Made by a program: the position numbers and the translations under genes. Of a DNA stretch of 64,000 bases, positions 25,746 through 34,488 are shown one piece after another. Within the stretch, counting starts at the first letter, position 1; each line of letters opens with the position of its first letter. The notes beneath the pieces were generated by a model, which did not search any database, was not told the DNA's origin, and worked only from the letters and a program-made list of their open reading frames with translations. The stretch is from a virus. The stretch is from the IMG/VR virus record IMGVR_UViG_3300037457_000038, positions 58,144 through 122,143 of that record, one strand, 5' to 3'.

Positions 25746-28482
25746 TGAGGCGGCAACGGCTGCGGCCGGTCCGCTGCGTCGTCAGCCCACCGAACTCGAA
25801 ACCCGCAGCCGCGTCGACTTCGCGCAGATGGACCAGGCATGGCACGAAACCGTCGATGCCACCGTGAACGCGTGGGCGGACATCGAAGAAGCGCAGCGCA
25901 AGGAGATCCAAACAGCCGTCCAGAGCGCCGCCGACGCCGACGACCTTGACGCGCTGGACACGCTCACAGTGGGCACCGACGCCGGGGCCGAACTGCTCGC
26001 CGCCCGCATGCTCGCCTACGCCCAACGCGCAGCCGAGGCACAGCAGGCCGAGGCTGAGGCGCAGGGCGTCACCGTGCCGGAGTGGTCGCTGGACGATGAG
26101 GCGCTGACCGCAGCAGCGTTCCGGGACCGGCTGCGGCAACTCGCCCGCACCACGGCCCGCGTCCTCGGCGTGGGCCTAGTGCAGTCCGCTGTACGGCAGG
26201 CGATGCGCCTGTGGGGCTCCGGCACACCCATGCAGGTAGCCGGGCAGGTGGACGAGCACCTCGCGGGACTGTCCGGCGCAGCGGTGGAGGAGCAGATCGG
26301 TGCGGCTATGTCGGCGGCGCAGAACGCCGGCCGGGTGGCGGTACTCCAGGTGGCGCCGGTTGCCCGGTATGTGGCGACGGAGATCCTCGAACCGGGTCGG
26401 ACGTGTGCCCCTTGCCGCGAGGTGGACGGTACCGAGTACACGACGCTGGCTGCCGCGCAGGCGGCGTATCCGATGGGCGGCTACACGGGCTGCCTGGGCG
26501 GTTCGCGGTGCAGGGGCACGCTCGTCACGGTGTGGCCGGAGGACGAGGACGGGGAGCAGGCAGCGGCCGGAATGATCTTGGCTGCGAGTGCGGCCACAAT
26601 GCCACCGACCATCGACGAAGGAGGCGGCAGCGTGCCGTACAGCATCGTGCAAGACCACCCGGACTGCGGTGCCGAAAAGCCGTGGGCCGTCACCAAAGAC
26701 GCCGACAACACTCTTCAGGGCTGCCACGCCACGGAGGCTGAGGCGGAGGAGCAGCGGCGGGCGTTGTATGCCGAGGACGGCGACGACATGCCCAAGGAGA
26801 AGACCGAGAAGCCTGACGGCGATGACATGGACTACGCCGGACAGACCGCCCCGTGGGAAGGCGTCCTCGCCGTCGAAGGCCAGGTGACCGGCGACGGCAG
26901 AGAGTTCGCCCCCGAAGCGCTGACGTGGGCTGAACTGCCTGTGCCGCTGCGCTGGAACAAGGAAGACAGTCATGGTGGGGAGCCGCACACCGTGGCGGTC
27001 AACGTCGGCCGCATAGACAAGGTGTGGCGCGACGGCGACAAGATCATGGGTTCCGGTGTGCTCAACCTCGCCGAGCCAGACGGACAGCGCGTCCACGACA
27101 TGATCAAAGGCCAGTTCATCCGTGGTGTGTCCATCGACGCCGACTCCATCGACGATGAGGAGGTCGAGTTCGTGTGGCCCGACGACGTCAACACCGGGAC
27201 CGGCGACAGCGATGAAGAGGGCGACCTGCTGGAGATGCTGTTTGCCCAGCCAGAGAAAGTTATCTTCCACGGCGGCCGAATCAGGGCCGCCACGCTGGTG
27301 GACATCCCTGCGTTCGCCGAGGCGTACATCGCACTCCTCGACGATCAGGGCGCAATCGTGGCCGGTGGGCAGCCCGTCGGCGAGGCAGCGCTCCAACTGG
27401 TGCAGGAGTTGGGTGCGGTCGGCACCCACGACACCGCCACCTCCGACGGCGACTGGGACGAGGGCCCGAACTCCAAGCGTCTGGACTCGCCGCTCACGCT
27501 GGCGAAGGTGCGCGCCGCATACGCCTGGTTCGATGGCGGCCGCGTAGAGGAGGACGAACTCCCCAAGGACGCGGCGAAGTTCCTGCACCACGAGATCAAC
27601 GCCGACGGCACCGTAGGCCCGGCGAACCTGACCGCATGCTCTGCCACCATCGGCGCCCTGCACGGCGCCCGCGGCGGCACGACGATCCCGGAGGCGGACC
27701 GGCGCGGGGTGTATGACCATGTCGCCAAGCATCTTCGGGATGCGGGGCAGGATCCGGAGCCGTTCCGCTCTCTGCCCGCCGTGACCGCGAGCGCCCCTGG
27801 GGCTCATCCGGCGATGACCTCACTGTGGAAGCCGCCCGTCGAGTGGTTCAGCAACCCGGAGCTGCCGTTCCACTGCGGCATCGTCGTCACCGACCAGGGG
27901 CGCCTGTACGGGCACGCGGCACCGTGGGGGGCATGCCACATCGGGTTCGACGGCGAGTGCGTCACCGTCCCGAGAGAGACCGAGCACTCGCACTACATGA
28001 CCGGCGAAACGGTCTGCGCCGACGGGTCGCGGGTGGCGGTCGGTCAGATCACCGTGGGTACCGGGCACGCGCCGCTGCACCTCGGGGCGTCGCCTGCGGC
28101 GGAGCACTACGACAACACCGGTACGGCGGTCGCGGATGTGGCGGTCGGCAACGACAAGCACGGCATCTGGGTCGCGGGAGCGGTACGCCCGGACGCCGAC
28201 CCGCTGAGCGTGTACGAACTGCGCGCCTCGGGTCGGGTGTCGGGTGACTGGCGGCGGATCGGTGGCCAGTTGCGGATGGTGGGCCTGCTGGGTGTCAACG
28301 TCGCTGGGTTCCTGGAGGAGGCGAAGATGCGGACGCTGGTCTCGGCGGGGCAGCCTCAGGCGCTGGTGTCTGCGGGGGTTCCGCGCCAGCAGTGGAGCCT
28401 GTCGCAGGAGGAGAGGGAGCGTCAGGCGGTGCGGATTGTGATGGGGATGCTACGCCGCAAGGTCCACACGGGAGGTGAATGA
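25720..28482 (+). CDS. MuF-like head morphogenesis and capsid maturation protease fusion
   Basis: TCAPC...C.GG.RCRG MuF end; TGDGR, GVSID, RAATLV.IPAF protease motifs; internal restart at 26632. Confidence 0.8.
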   Translation: MATPTAVTDEAATAAAGPLRRQPTELETRSRVDFAQMDQAWHETVDATVNAWADIEEAQRKEIQTAVQSAADADDLDALDTLTVGTDAGAELLAARMLAYAQRAAEAQQAEAEAQGVTVPEWSLDDEALTAAAFRDRLRQLARTTARVLGVGLVQSAVRQAMRLWGSGTPMQVAGQVDEHLAGLSGAAVEEQIGAAMSAAQNAGRVAVLQVAPVARYVATEILEPGRTCAPCREVDGTEYTTLAAAQAAYPMGGYTGCLGGSRCRGTLVTVWPEDEDGEQAAAGMILAASAATMPPTIDEGGGSVPYSIVQDHPDCGAEKPWAVTKDADNTLQGCHATEAEAEEQRRALYAEDGDDMPKEKTEKPDGDDMDYAGQTAPWEGVLAVEGQVTGDGREFAPEALTWAELPVPLRWNKEDSHGGEPHTVAVNVGRIDKVWRDGDKIMGSGVLNLAEPDGQRVHDMIKGQFIRGVSIDADSIDDEEVEFVWPDDVNTGTGDSDEEGDLLEMLFAQPEKVIFHGGRIRAATLVDIPAFAEAYIALLDDQGAIVAGGQPVGEAALQLVQELGAVGTHDTATSDGDWDEGPNSKRLDSPLTLAKVRAAYAWFDGGRVEEDELPKDAAKFLHHEINADGTVGPANLTACSATIGALHGARGGTTIPEADRRGVYDHVAKHLRDAGQDPEPFRSLPAVTASAPGAHPAMTSLWKPPVEWFSNPELPFHCGIVVTDQGRLYGHAAPWGACHIGFDGECVTVPRETEHSHYMTGETVCADGSRVAVGQITVGTGHAPLHLGASPAAEHYDNTGTAVADVAVGNDKHGIWVAGAVRPDADPLSVYELRASGRVSGDWRRIGGQLRMVGLLGVNVAGFLEEAKMRTLVSAGQPQALVSAGVPRQQWSLSQEERERQAVRIVMGMLRRKVHTGGE
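26567..26600 (+). promoter_or_regulatory. Internal late promoter CCGGAATGATCTT-N15-CACAAT
   Basis: Exact motif inside the CDS, followed by GAAGGAGG and in-frame GTG at 26632. Confidence 0.7.
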
Positions 28483-28547
28483 GCATGTGCAACTGCAACA
28501 AACGGAAGCGTCCGGCGACGCCTCCGCCACCCCCTCCGAGCGCCTGA
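28479..28547 (+). CDS. 22-aa CxC/basic/Pro-rich micro-protein
   Basis: MSMCNCNKRKRPATPPPPPPSA; GGAGG RBS; ATGA overlap. Confidence 0.5.
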   Translation: MSMCNCNKRKRPATPPPPPPSA

Positions 28548-28667
28548 CCTTTAAGTTTACCGATCCGGCGAAGGTATTGACCTTTGCCGGATTGTTTGCT
28601 AACGGGTACTCTGGCGCTGAAATGGCGTCGATAGGGGCGCACACAGACCCGTCACATGGAGGTCGCA

Positions 28668-30416
28668 GTGCCGGCCGAAGAACTCTTCAGCGCCCCGTCA
28701 GATCTCACCCTCGTCGGCGACGACGAACTCGCCGCCCTCGAAACCCAGGGCACCTCCGAGTTCGACCGCGTCTCCGCGATCGACGACGTAGACCCCGAAA
28801 CCCTCACCTACGCGATGCGCCTCACCGAGGACCTCGACAAAATCCGCGCCGAACTGAGGGTGCGTGAAGTCCGAGCCCAGACCAACGCCGACATCCAGCG
28901 CACCCGAGTCGGCGAACAACTCGCCGCACTCAAGGAACGCGTCCACGGCATGCCGCAGCCCGGCACAGACGCGCCAGCCACGGTGGACCCCGAGGCCATC
29001 GCCGCAGCAGCAGCCCGCGGCGTCACCGCAGGCATGGTCGCCCTCATGGGCGAACGCCGCGGCGGCATCGACACCGAGGCCCTCGCCCGCCGCGCGACCG
29101 CCAGCCTGGCCGAGACCGCGCAGCACGCCCCGAAGCCGAAGGTGTCGGAGAAGCGGCTCTCGGTGACCGCGTCCGTGGACATTCCCGGTGTCGCCCACGG
29201 CGGCCAGCTGACCACGCTCAACTCACTGTCCGACGTGGTGTCCCGCAAGGCCAAGTCCATGCCGGTCACCCGCGGCAACCCCAACCACCAGCTCGTCGCC
29301 AGCATCCGCAACGATTTCGAACACACCCTGGACGACAGGACGAGCCCGGCGCAGGTCAAGGAACTGATCCAGTACCTGACGGCGCCTGACAAACAGGCCG
29401 CACTGGTCGCGGGCGGCGGCTGGTGCGCCCCCAGCGAGATCCGCTACGACTTCTTCAACATCGCCTGCATGTCCGGAATGATCGACCTGCCGACGTTCGG
29501 CGTGACCCGCGGCGGCATCCAGTTCCCCGTCTCCCCGTCGCTCGCAGACACCGTCAACGAGATCGCGTTCGGCGGGTTCGCCGTCGAGTTCTCCAACGCC
29601 TCGGTGCCGTGGCTGTGGACCGAAGCCGACGACCAGGCCACCGTCACCGGCACCCCCAACAAGCCCTGCGTCCGCGTACCCTGCCCCACCTTCTCCGAGG
29701 AGCGGCTGGACTGCTACGGCATCTGCCTCACCGCAGGCAACCTCGCCGACGACGCATACCCCGAGGCGACGCAGCACATGCTGCAGCTGCTGATGGCCGC
29801 ACACCAGCACGCCATCAACGCCCGGTTGATCGCGCTGATGGTCACCGACTCCACCGCCGCCATCACCATCACCGGCGGCGCCGACACAGACGCCGCAGCG
29901 CCCCGCATCTTCAACGCAGTCGGCCTCGCCGCGACCGACTACCGCGAACGCTTCGGCATGTGCATCGACGACGTCCTCGAAGTCGTCCTGCCCGCCTGGG
30001 TCCGCGAAGTCATCCGCGCCGACCTCGCCTGGAAGGCCGGCGTTGAGCTGATGGAGGTCGGCAACTCTCAGGTGGACATGTTCTTCACCGCCCGCAACGT
30101 GCGCGTGCAGTGGGTGGACGACTGGCAGGTCCGAGGGGCCTCGCAGTTCGGCAACGCCACCGCACTGACGGCGTGGCCGACCACCGTCGATTTCCTCCTC
30201 TACGCGGCCGGCACATTCCTTCACGGGAACGGGATGAGCCTGGATCTCGGCGTGATCCGCGACAGCGTGCTGAACGCGGAGAACGACCACACCGCCGCCT
30301 GGTCCGAGGAGTGCCACCTCATCGCCCGCGTCGGCCACGAGTCGCGCCGGTACACGGTGCCGTTCAACGTCAACGGCTCCACGTCGGCGCTGCTGACCGG
30401 CACAGAGAGGGTCTGA
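28668..30416 (+). CDS. Major capsid protein with N-terminal scaffold-like domain
   Basis: GGAGG RBS; AGGGWCAPSEIRYD, DLP...RGG, LDLGVIRDS.LN..ND. Confidence 0.85.
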   Translation: MPAEELFSAPSDLTLVGDDELAALETQGTSEFDRVSAIDDVDPETLTYAMRLTEDLDKIRAELRVREVRAQTNADIQRTRVGEQLAALKERVHGMPQPGTDAPATVDPEAIAAAAARGVTAGMVALMGERRGGIDTEALARRATASLAETAQHAPKPKVSEKRLSVTASVDIPGVAHGGQLTTLNSLSDVVSRKAKSMPVTRGNPNHQLVASIRNDFEHTLDDRTSPAQVKELIQYLTAPDKQAALVAGGGWCAPSEIRYDFFNIACMSGMIDLPTFGVTRGGIQFPVSPSLADTVNEIAFGGFAVEFSNASVPWLWTEADDQATVTGTPNKPCVRVPCPTFSEERLDCYGICLTAGNLADDAYPEATQHMLQLLMAAHQHAINARLIALMVTDSTAAITITGGADTDAAAPRIFNAVGLAATDYRERFGMCIDDVLEVVLPAWVREVIRADLAWKAGVELMEVGNSQVDMFFTARNVRVQWVDDWQVRGASQFGNATALTAWPTTVDFLLYAAGTFLHGNGMSLDLGVIRDSVLNAENDHTAAWSEECHLIARVGHESRRYTVPFNVNGSTSALLTGTERV

Positions 30417-30456
30417 CCCGTACCCGCAGCAGCAGTAGGAGAGGTGGTGAGCGCCG

Positions 30457-31362
30457 GTGGCCGGAGCACGCCAGATCGTCGACCCGCCAGCGTTCACCAC
30501 GCTCCCGTATGGGCTGTGGGACGCCGTACAAAAACCGTCCATCGCCAACCCGCACTGGCAGCAGGGCATCACCTGGATCGAGCGCTGCCCGACCGGCGGC
30601 ACGACCTACGACGAGTGCCTCGCCGTCACCGGCACCGGCGAAACCGTGCCCGAACCTCCGGCAAAAGCCGACAACGTCCCCCAGACGGTACGCGGGGCGA
30701 CACCGTTCACCGTGTACGCGGAGTTCGACTGCTCACCGGTCGGCCTGGCCGATGCGGCGACGGTCGCACGTGAGGCGCTCGCCCGGGTGGAGCAGCAGCA
30801 GGTCGAGCGCGCCTTCTTCTCAGGTGTAGCGGGCGGGCAGACCATCGCCTACCCGCACCTCGCCGCCGACACCGAACTCACCGACGACCAGGGCATCGTG
30901 CTGCAGCCCGCCGCGTCCCCGATCGTCACCGGGGTAGACGTCGATATCACCGACGGCCTCGGCCGACTCGAATCAGCGTTGTCTGACTGCTACGGCGGGC
31001 AGGGCTTCATCCACGTCCCGCACCGGGTGCTGCCGATGCTGGCGGCGTGGAACCTGGCGATCGAGCGTGATGGCGGCCTGTACACCCCGGCCGGTAACCG
31101 CATCGTCGTCGGGTCAGGTTTCGACAATCACGCGCCAGACGGCACACCGGCGGAGCCCCGCACAGCGTGGGTCTACGCCACTGGCCAGGTGTTCGGCTAC
31201 CGCTCCGATGTGTTCTTCACCCAGGCGAGGGAGTCCATCGACCGGGCTGAAAACACGTACCGGATGCTCGCCGAGCGGACCTATGTCCTCGGGTTCGAGT
31301 GCTGCCTGATTGCCACGCAATTCGCCCTTGGTGTCATCCCCGCCGGATCAGTTACCTCGTAG
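30457..31362 (+). CDS. Capsid-associated structural protein
   Basis: Follows the MCP; PFTVYA..C, TPAGNRIVVGSG, AERTYV. Confidence 0.7.
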   Translation: MAGARQIVDPPAFTTLPYGLWDAVQKPSIANPHWQQGITWIERCPTGGTTYDECLAVTGTGETVPEPPAKADNVPQTVRGATPFTVYAEFDCSPVGLADAATVAREALARVEQQQVERAFFSGVAGGQTIAYPHLAADTELTDDQGIVLQPAASPIVTGVDVDITDGLGRLESALSDCYGGQGFIHVPHRVLPMLAAWNLAIERDGGLYTPAGNRIVVGSGFDNHAPDGTPAEPRTAWVYATGQVFGYRSDVFFTQARESIDRAENTYRMLAERTYVLGFECCLIATQFALGVIPAGSVTS

Positions 31363-31371
31363 GAGATCGTC

Positions 31372-32049
31372 ATGGCAGTTACCTCTACGTGCGCGGTGCC
31401 GATCAAGGGCACGAGCATGCGGATCGTCGCGCTGGACGTCTGCGGCGTGCCGGTCACCGGTTCGTCCGGGCTGGTCGTCGTGCATAACTCTTTTGTGCAG
31501 GTCGGGCAGGAGTTCCAGTACGAGGAGGGCGAGGAGTTCTTCGACCGCACCGCTGATGGTGTGGCGTGTGTGAACCAGAAGGACGACCCCACGTTGAAGC
31601 GCATCAACTTGACCACGCAGCTGTGTGCGGTCAACGTGTCCGGCGCCTCCTACGTCATCTCTGCCCGCGAGCTGGTCACCGGCAGCCCGACTACCGGAAC
31701 GGGTTTCGCCGTGTCCGAGGGCGAGCCGACCAACCGGTACAGCATGGAGGTGTGGCAGCGCGTGGCCGGGTCCGGGGCGTGTGATGCGTCCGGTAACCAG
31801 CGGTACATCTACAACGCGTGGCCGAACGTGGGCGCAACGCAGATCGGTGCCTACACGATCGAGAACGCCAAGAGCATGCTGGAGTACACCTCGGAGACGC
31901 GTGGCGCTGCGGAGGCGTGGTTCGCCCTGGTGGGCTCGGATTGGTTGCCTGCCGGGGAGACGGTGCTGACCAGTGAGCATTGGCTGTGGAATGTGACCAC
32001 TGTGGCTCCGCCGGAAGCGGCGTGTGATCCGACCGAGCTCGCCGCCTAA
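31372..32049 (+). CDS. Major tail protein
   Basis: RIVALDVCGVP, YEEGEE...ADG.C; size and position. Confidence 0.7.
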   Translation: MAVTSTCAVPIKGTSMRIVALDVCGVPVTGSSGLVVVHNSFVQVGQEFQYEEGEEFFDRTADGVACVNQKDDPTLKRINLTTQLCAVNVSGASYVISARELVTGSPTTGTGFAVSEGEPTNRYSMEVWQRVAGSGACDASGNQRYIYNAWPNVGATQIGAYTIENAKSMLEYTSETRGAAEAWFALVGSDWLPAGETVLTSEHWLWNVTTVAPPEAACDPTELAA

Positions 32050-32058
32050 GGCTCTGGG

Positions 32059-32856
32059 GTGGTTGCGGCCTTCGGTCCTTGCGCGGATTGGCCAGTCCAC
32101 TGGACCTGTGATCTGGACACGCTGAACCCGGCCGTCACCGGGCTTGCGGTGTCCATGGCCACGGAAACCCTGTGGGCGCTGACGGGCATGCGGTTCGGTA
32201 CGTGCGAGGTCACACTCAGGCCGTGCCGCCGCGACTGCTACGACGGGCGGTTCTTCGACGACTTCGGGCCGCCGTGGACCGGGGGCCGGTGGTATCCGCA
32301 GCCTGCGCTGATCGGTGGGCAGTGGTTCAACCTGACGTGCGGCTCGTGCCATGGCGGGTGCTCGTGTACGACGGTGTCGGAGGTGCTGCTCCCCGCACCG
32401 GTCAACCGCATCGTCGAAGTCCTCATCGACGGGACACCTCTCGTGACCGGGGCCTATCGGGTGGACAACAACCGGCTGCTGGTGCGCACCGACGGCGGGG
32501 TGTGGCCGCGCTGCAACGATCTGGCGCTGGACGATACCGAGCCGGGCACGTGGTCGGTGACGGCGATGTACGGCGAGGATCTGCCGGACGGTGCGGCGCT
32601 CGCGGTGGGCGAGCTGGCGTGTGAGATCGCCAAAGCTGCGGCGGGTGGTGACTGCCGGCTGCCTGCGGGGGTGCAGCAGCTCGTACGGCAAGGCGTGACC
32701 ATCTCCTATCCGGACGTGGGGGAGCTGTTCGCAAAGGGCCGCACGGGCTTGTATCTGGTCGATATGTTCGTGTCGACGTGGAATCCGTATGGGCTGCGGC
32801 AACGCTCGCGGGTGTACTCCGTGGACCGGCCGAGCGTACGGAGGGCGGGGACGTGA
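32059..32856 (+). CDS. Head-to-tail adaptor
   Basis: LWALTG..FG.C, CRLP...RQGV. Confidence 0.7.
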   Translation: MVAAFGPCADWPVHWTCDLDTLNPAVTGLAVSMATETLWALTGMRFGTCEVTLRPCRRDCYDGRFFDDFGPPWTGGRWYPQPALIGGQWFNLTCGSCHGGCSCTTVSEVLLPAPVNRIVEVLIDGTPLVTGAYRVDNNRLLVRTDGGVWPRCNDLALDDTEPGTWSVTAMYGEDLPDGAALAVGELACEIAKAAAGGDCRLPAGVQQLVRQGVTISYPDVGELFAKGRTGLYLVDMFVSTWNPYGLRQRSRVYSVDRPSVRRAGT

Positions 32857-33353
32857 TCAGCGGTGAGCTGAAGTGGTACACGGTCGTGGAGACCTTGCGT
32901 GCCGCGATCCACGCCGAGCTGACCGACACCCCCGACCGGTCCGGCGTCGTCCCCGGCGCCGTCGCCTGGGACGCATGCGACTGTGGCATCCTCGCCGTCA
33001 GCGTGGGCCAGGTCTTCATGTCCGACGTGTTCCCCGAGGAGATCACCACCCGCGTCAGCGCCGAATGTGACCCGGTGTGGGAGGTCGGTGAGATCCTCAT
33101 CCAGATCATCCGCTGCGCCCCCAACCCCGACGGGCAAGCCCTGTACCCGACGGTGGCCGAGCTCGACGCATCCGCCCGCGAAGTCGCCCGGGATGCGTAC
33201 GAGACGCTGCGCGCCACCTCCCACACGCTGTGCGCCATGCGCGACGCCGACGACATCGTCGATTTCCTCATCCGCCCCCAAACCCCGCAAGGCCCCGCAG
33301 GCGGATGTGTCGGCACGGAGCTGCGCGTCCTGGTCGGGCTGGAGCGGAACTAG
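32853..33353 (+). CDS. Head-tail/tail terminator-like protein
   Basis: WDACDCG, GPAGGCVG; position. Confidence 0.6.
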   Translation: MISGELKWYTVVETLRAAIHAELTDTPDRSGVVPGAVAWDACDCGILAVSVGQVFMSDVFPEEITTRVSAECDPVWEVGEILIQIIRCAPNPDGQALYPTVAELDASAREVARDAYETLRATSHTLCAMRDADDIVDFLIRPQTPQGPAGGCVGTELRVLVGLERN

Positions 33354-33355
33354 CG

Positions 33356-33745
33356 GTGGCGGAGATCCGGATCGACTGGGGTGCGGTGAACCGGATGCTG
33401 CGCTCCCCGAACGGCATGGTCGGCCGGGATTTGCGGCGTCGCGGGGACCGGGTGGTGAACCGGGCGAGGCAACTTGCACCCGGCAGCATGCCGTCGCTGA
33501 TCACGCCGCCGCAGATCGGGCACCGGGCCGGTGACCTGTCAGCCAAGATCGAATCACGGCATCACGCGTCCCTCTGGGTGCTGCGAGGGACCGGGCTGTA
33601 CGGCCCGAACGCGCGCAGGATCACCCCGGTCCGGGCCAAGGCGCTGCGGTTCGTACTGAACGGCCGCGTCGTCTACGCCAAGTCAGTCAGCGGCCAAAGA
33701 CCGAACGATTTCCTGGGCAAAGCGCTGCGTCAAGCGGTTCTCTGA
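33356..33745 (+). CDS. Neck/head-tail joining protein (HK97 gp10-like)
   Basis: Basic; GT...KALRF...PNDFL.KAL. Confidence 0.65.
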   Translation: MAEIRIDWGAVNRMLRSPNGMVGRDLRRRGDRVVNRARQLAPGSMPSLITPPQIGHRAGDLSAKIESRHHASLWVLRGTGLYGPNARRITPVRAKALRFVLNGRVVYAKSVSGQRPNDFLGKALRQAVL

Positions 33746-33759
33746 GCTGCCACAACCGC

Positions 33760-33792
33760 CCGGAATGATCTTCTCGGGATCGGGCCTACCGT
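33760..33792 (+). promoter_or_regulatory. Late promoter CCGGAATGATCTT-N14-TACCGT (leaderless)
   Basis: Exact motif; ATG 7 nt after the -10. Confidence 0.75.
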
Positions 33793-33799
33793 CAGCGCC

Positions 33800-34258
33800 A
33801 TGACCGAGACCACCAGCGCCGCGCCGCCCACCGGGCCCAAGGACTTCAGCCGCCGACGCGACGCGAAGACCTTCGTCATCGACGGCGACACCTTCGAGGC
33901 CACATCCGCCCTCCCCGGCGAGGTCTTCGTACAGTTCACCGAACACTTCGCCGAGTTCGAGGAATCGGACAGCTGGCGGAACAACTTCGACGCGCTCGCC
34001 GCCGCGCTCGAACTCGTGCTGCTACCCGAGTCCTACAAACTACTCCGCTCCCGACTCGCAGACCTGACGAACCCGGTCGACATGGAGCAGATGGCCGACA
34101 TCGTGCTGTGGCTGATGGACGAGTACGGGCTACGCCCTACACAGCCTCCCTCGGACTCGTCGGATGGGTCACCCGACCCGGAATCTGGCACCAGCTCGAC
34201 GGAGAATACGCCGCCCGAGGAGCCGACTTCGGCGCCCTCCGAACCGATCGCTTCCTGA
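33800..34258 (+). CDS. Tail assembly chaperone
   Basis: Upstream of the tape measure; YGLRPT followed by a low-complexity tail. Confidence 0.8.
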   Translation: MTETTSAAPPTGPKDFSRRRDAKTFVIDGDTFEATSALPGEVFVQFTEHFAEFEESDSWRNNFDALAAALELVLLPESYKLLRSRLADLTNPVDMEQMADIVLWLMDEYGLRPTQPPSDSSDGSPDPESGTSSTENTPPEEPTSAPSEPIAS

Positions 34259-34488
34259 ACGCGGTCTACGCCGAAATGCTGCAGCGGCTGGACGTGCGCG
34301 AGGGACAGACCGAGGAGCAGGCGCGACAAGCGTTCGACGCTGACCTCGGTGTGTCGCTGTGGCGCGCCCCCGGCCACACGCCCGTAGCCCCCGAGCCGCG
34401 CGACCCGGGCGCGCCCTACTGGTGGCACGGAGAAGAAGAGGCAAGCAGCACCTTCCTGACGGCGATGGGGGTGGTCCTCGATGGCTGA
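34108..34488 (+). CDS. Tail assembly chaperone, -1 frameshift extension
   Basis: Overlapping -1 frame with good codon usage ending at the tape measure start. Confidence 0.6.
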   Translation: MADGRVRATPYTASLGLVGWVTRPGIWHQLDGEYAARGADFGALRTDRFLNAVYAEMLQRLDVREGQTEEQARQAFDADLGVSLWRAPGHTPVAPEPRDPGAPYWWHGEEEASSTFLTAMGVVLDG

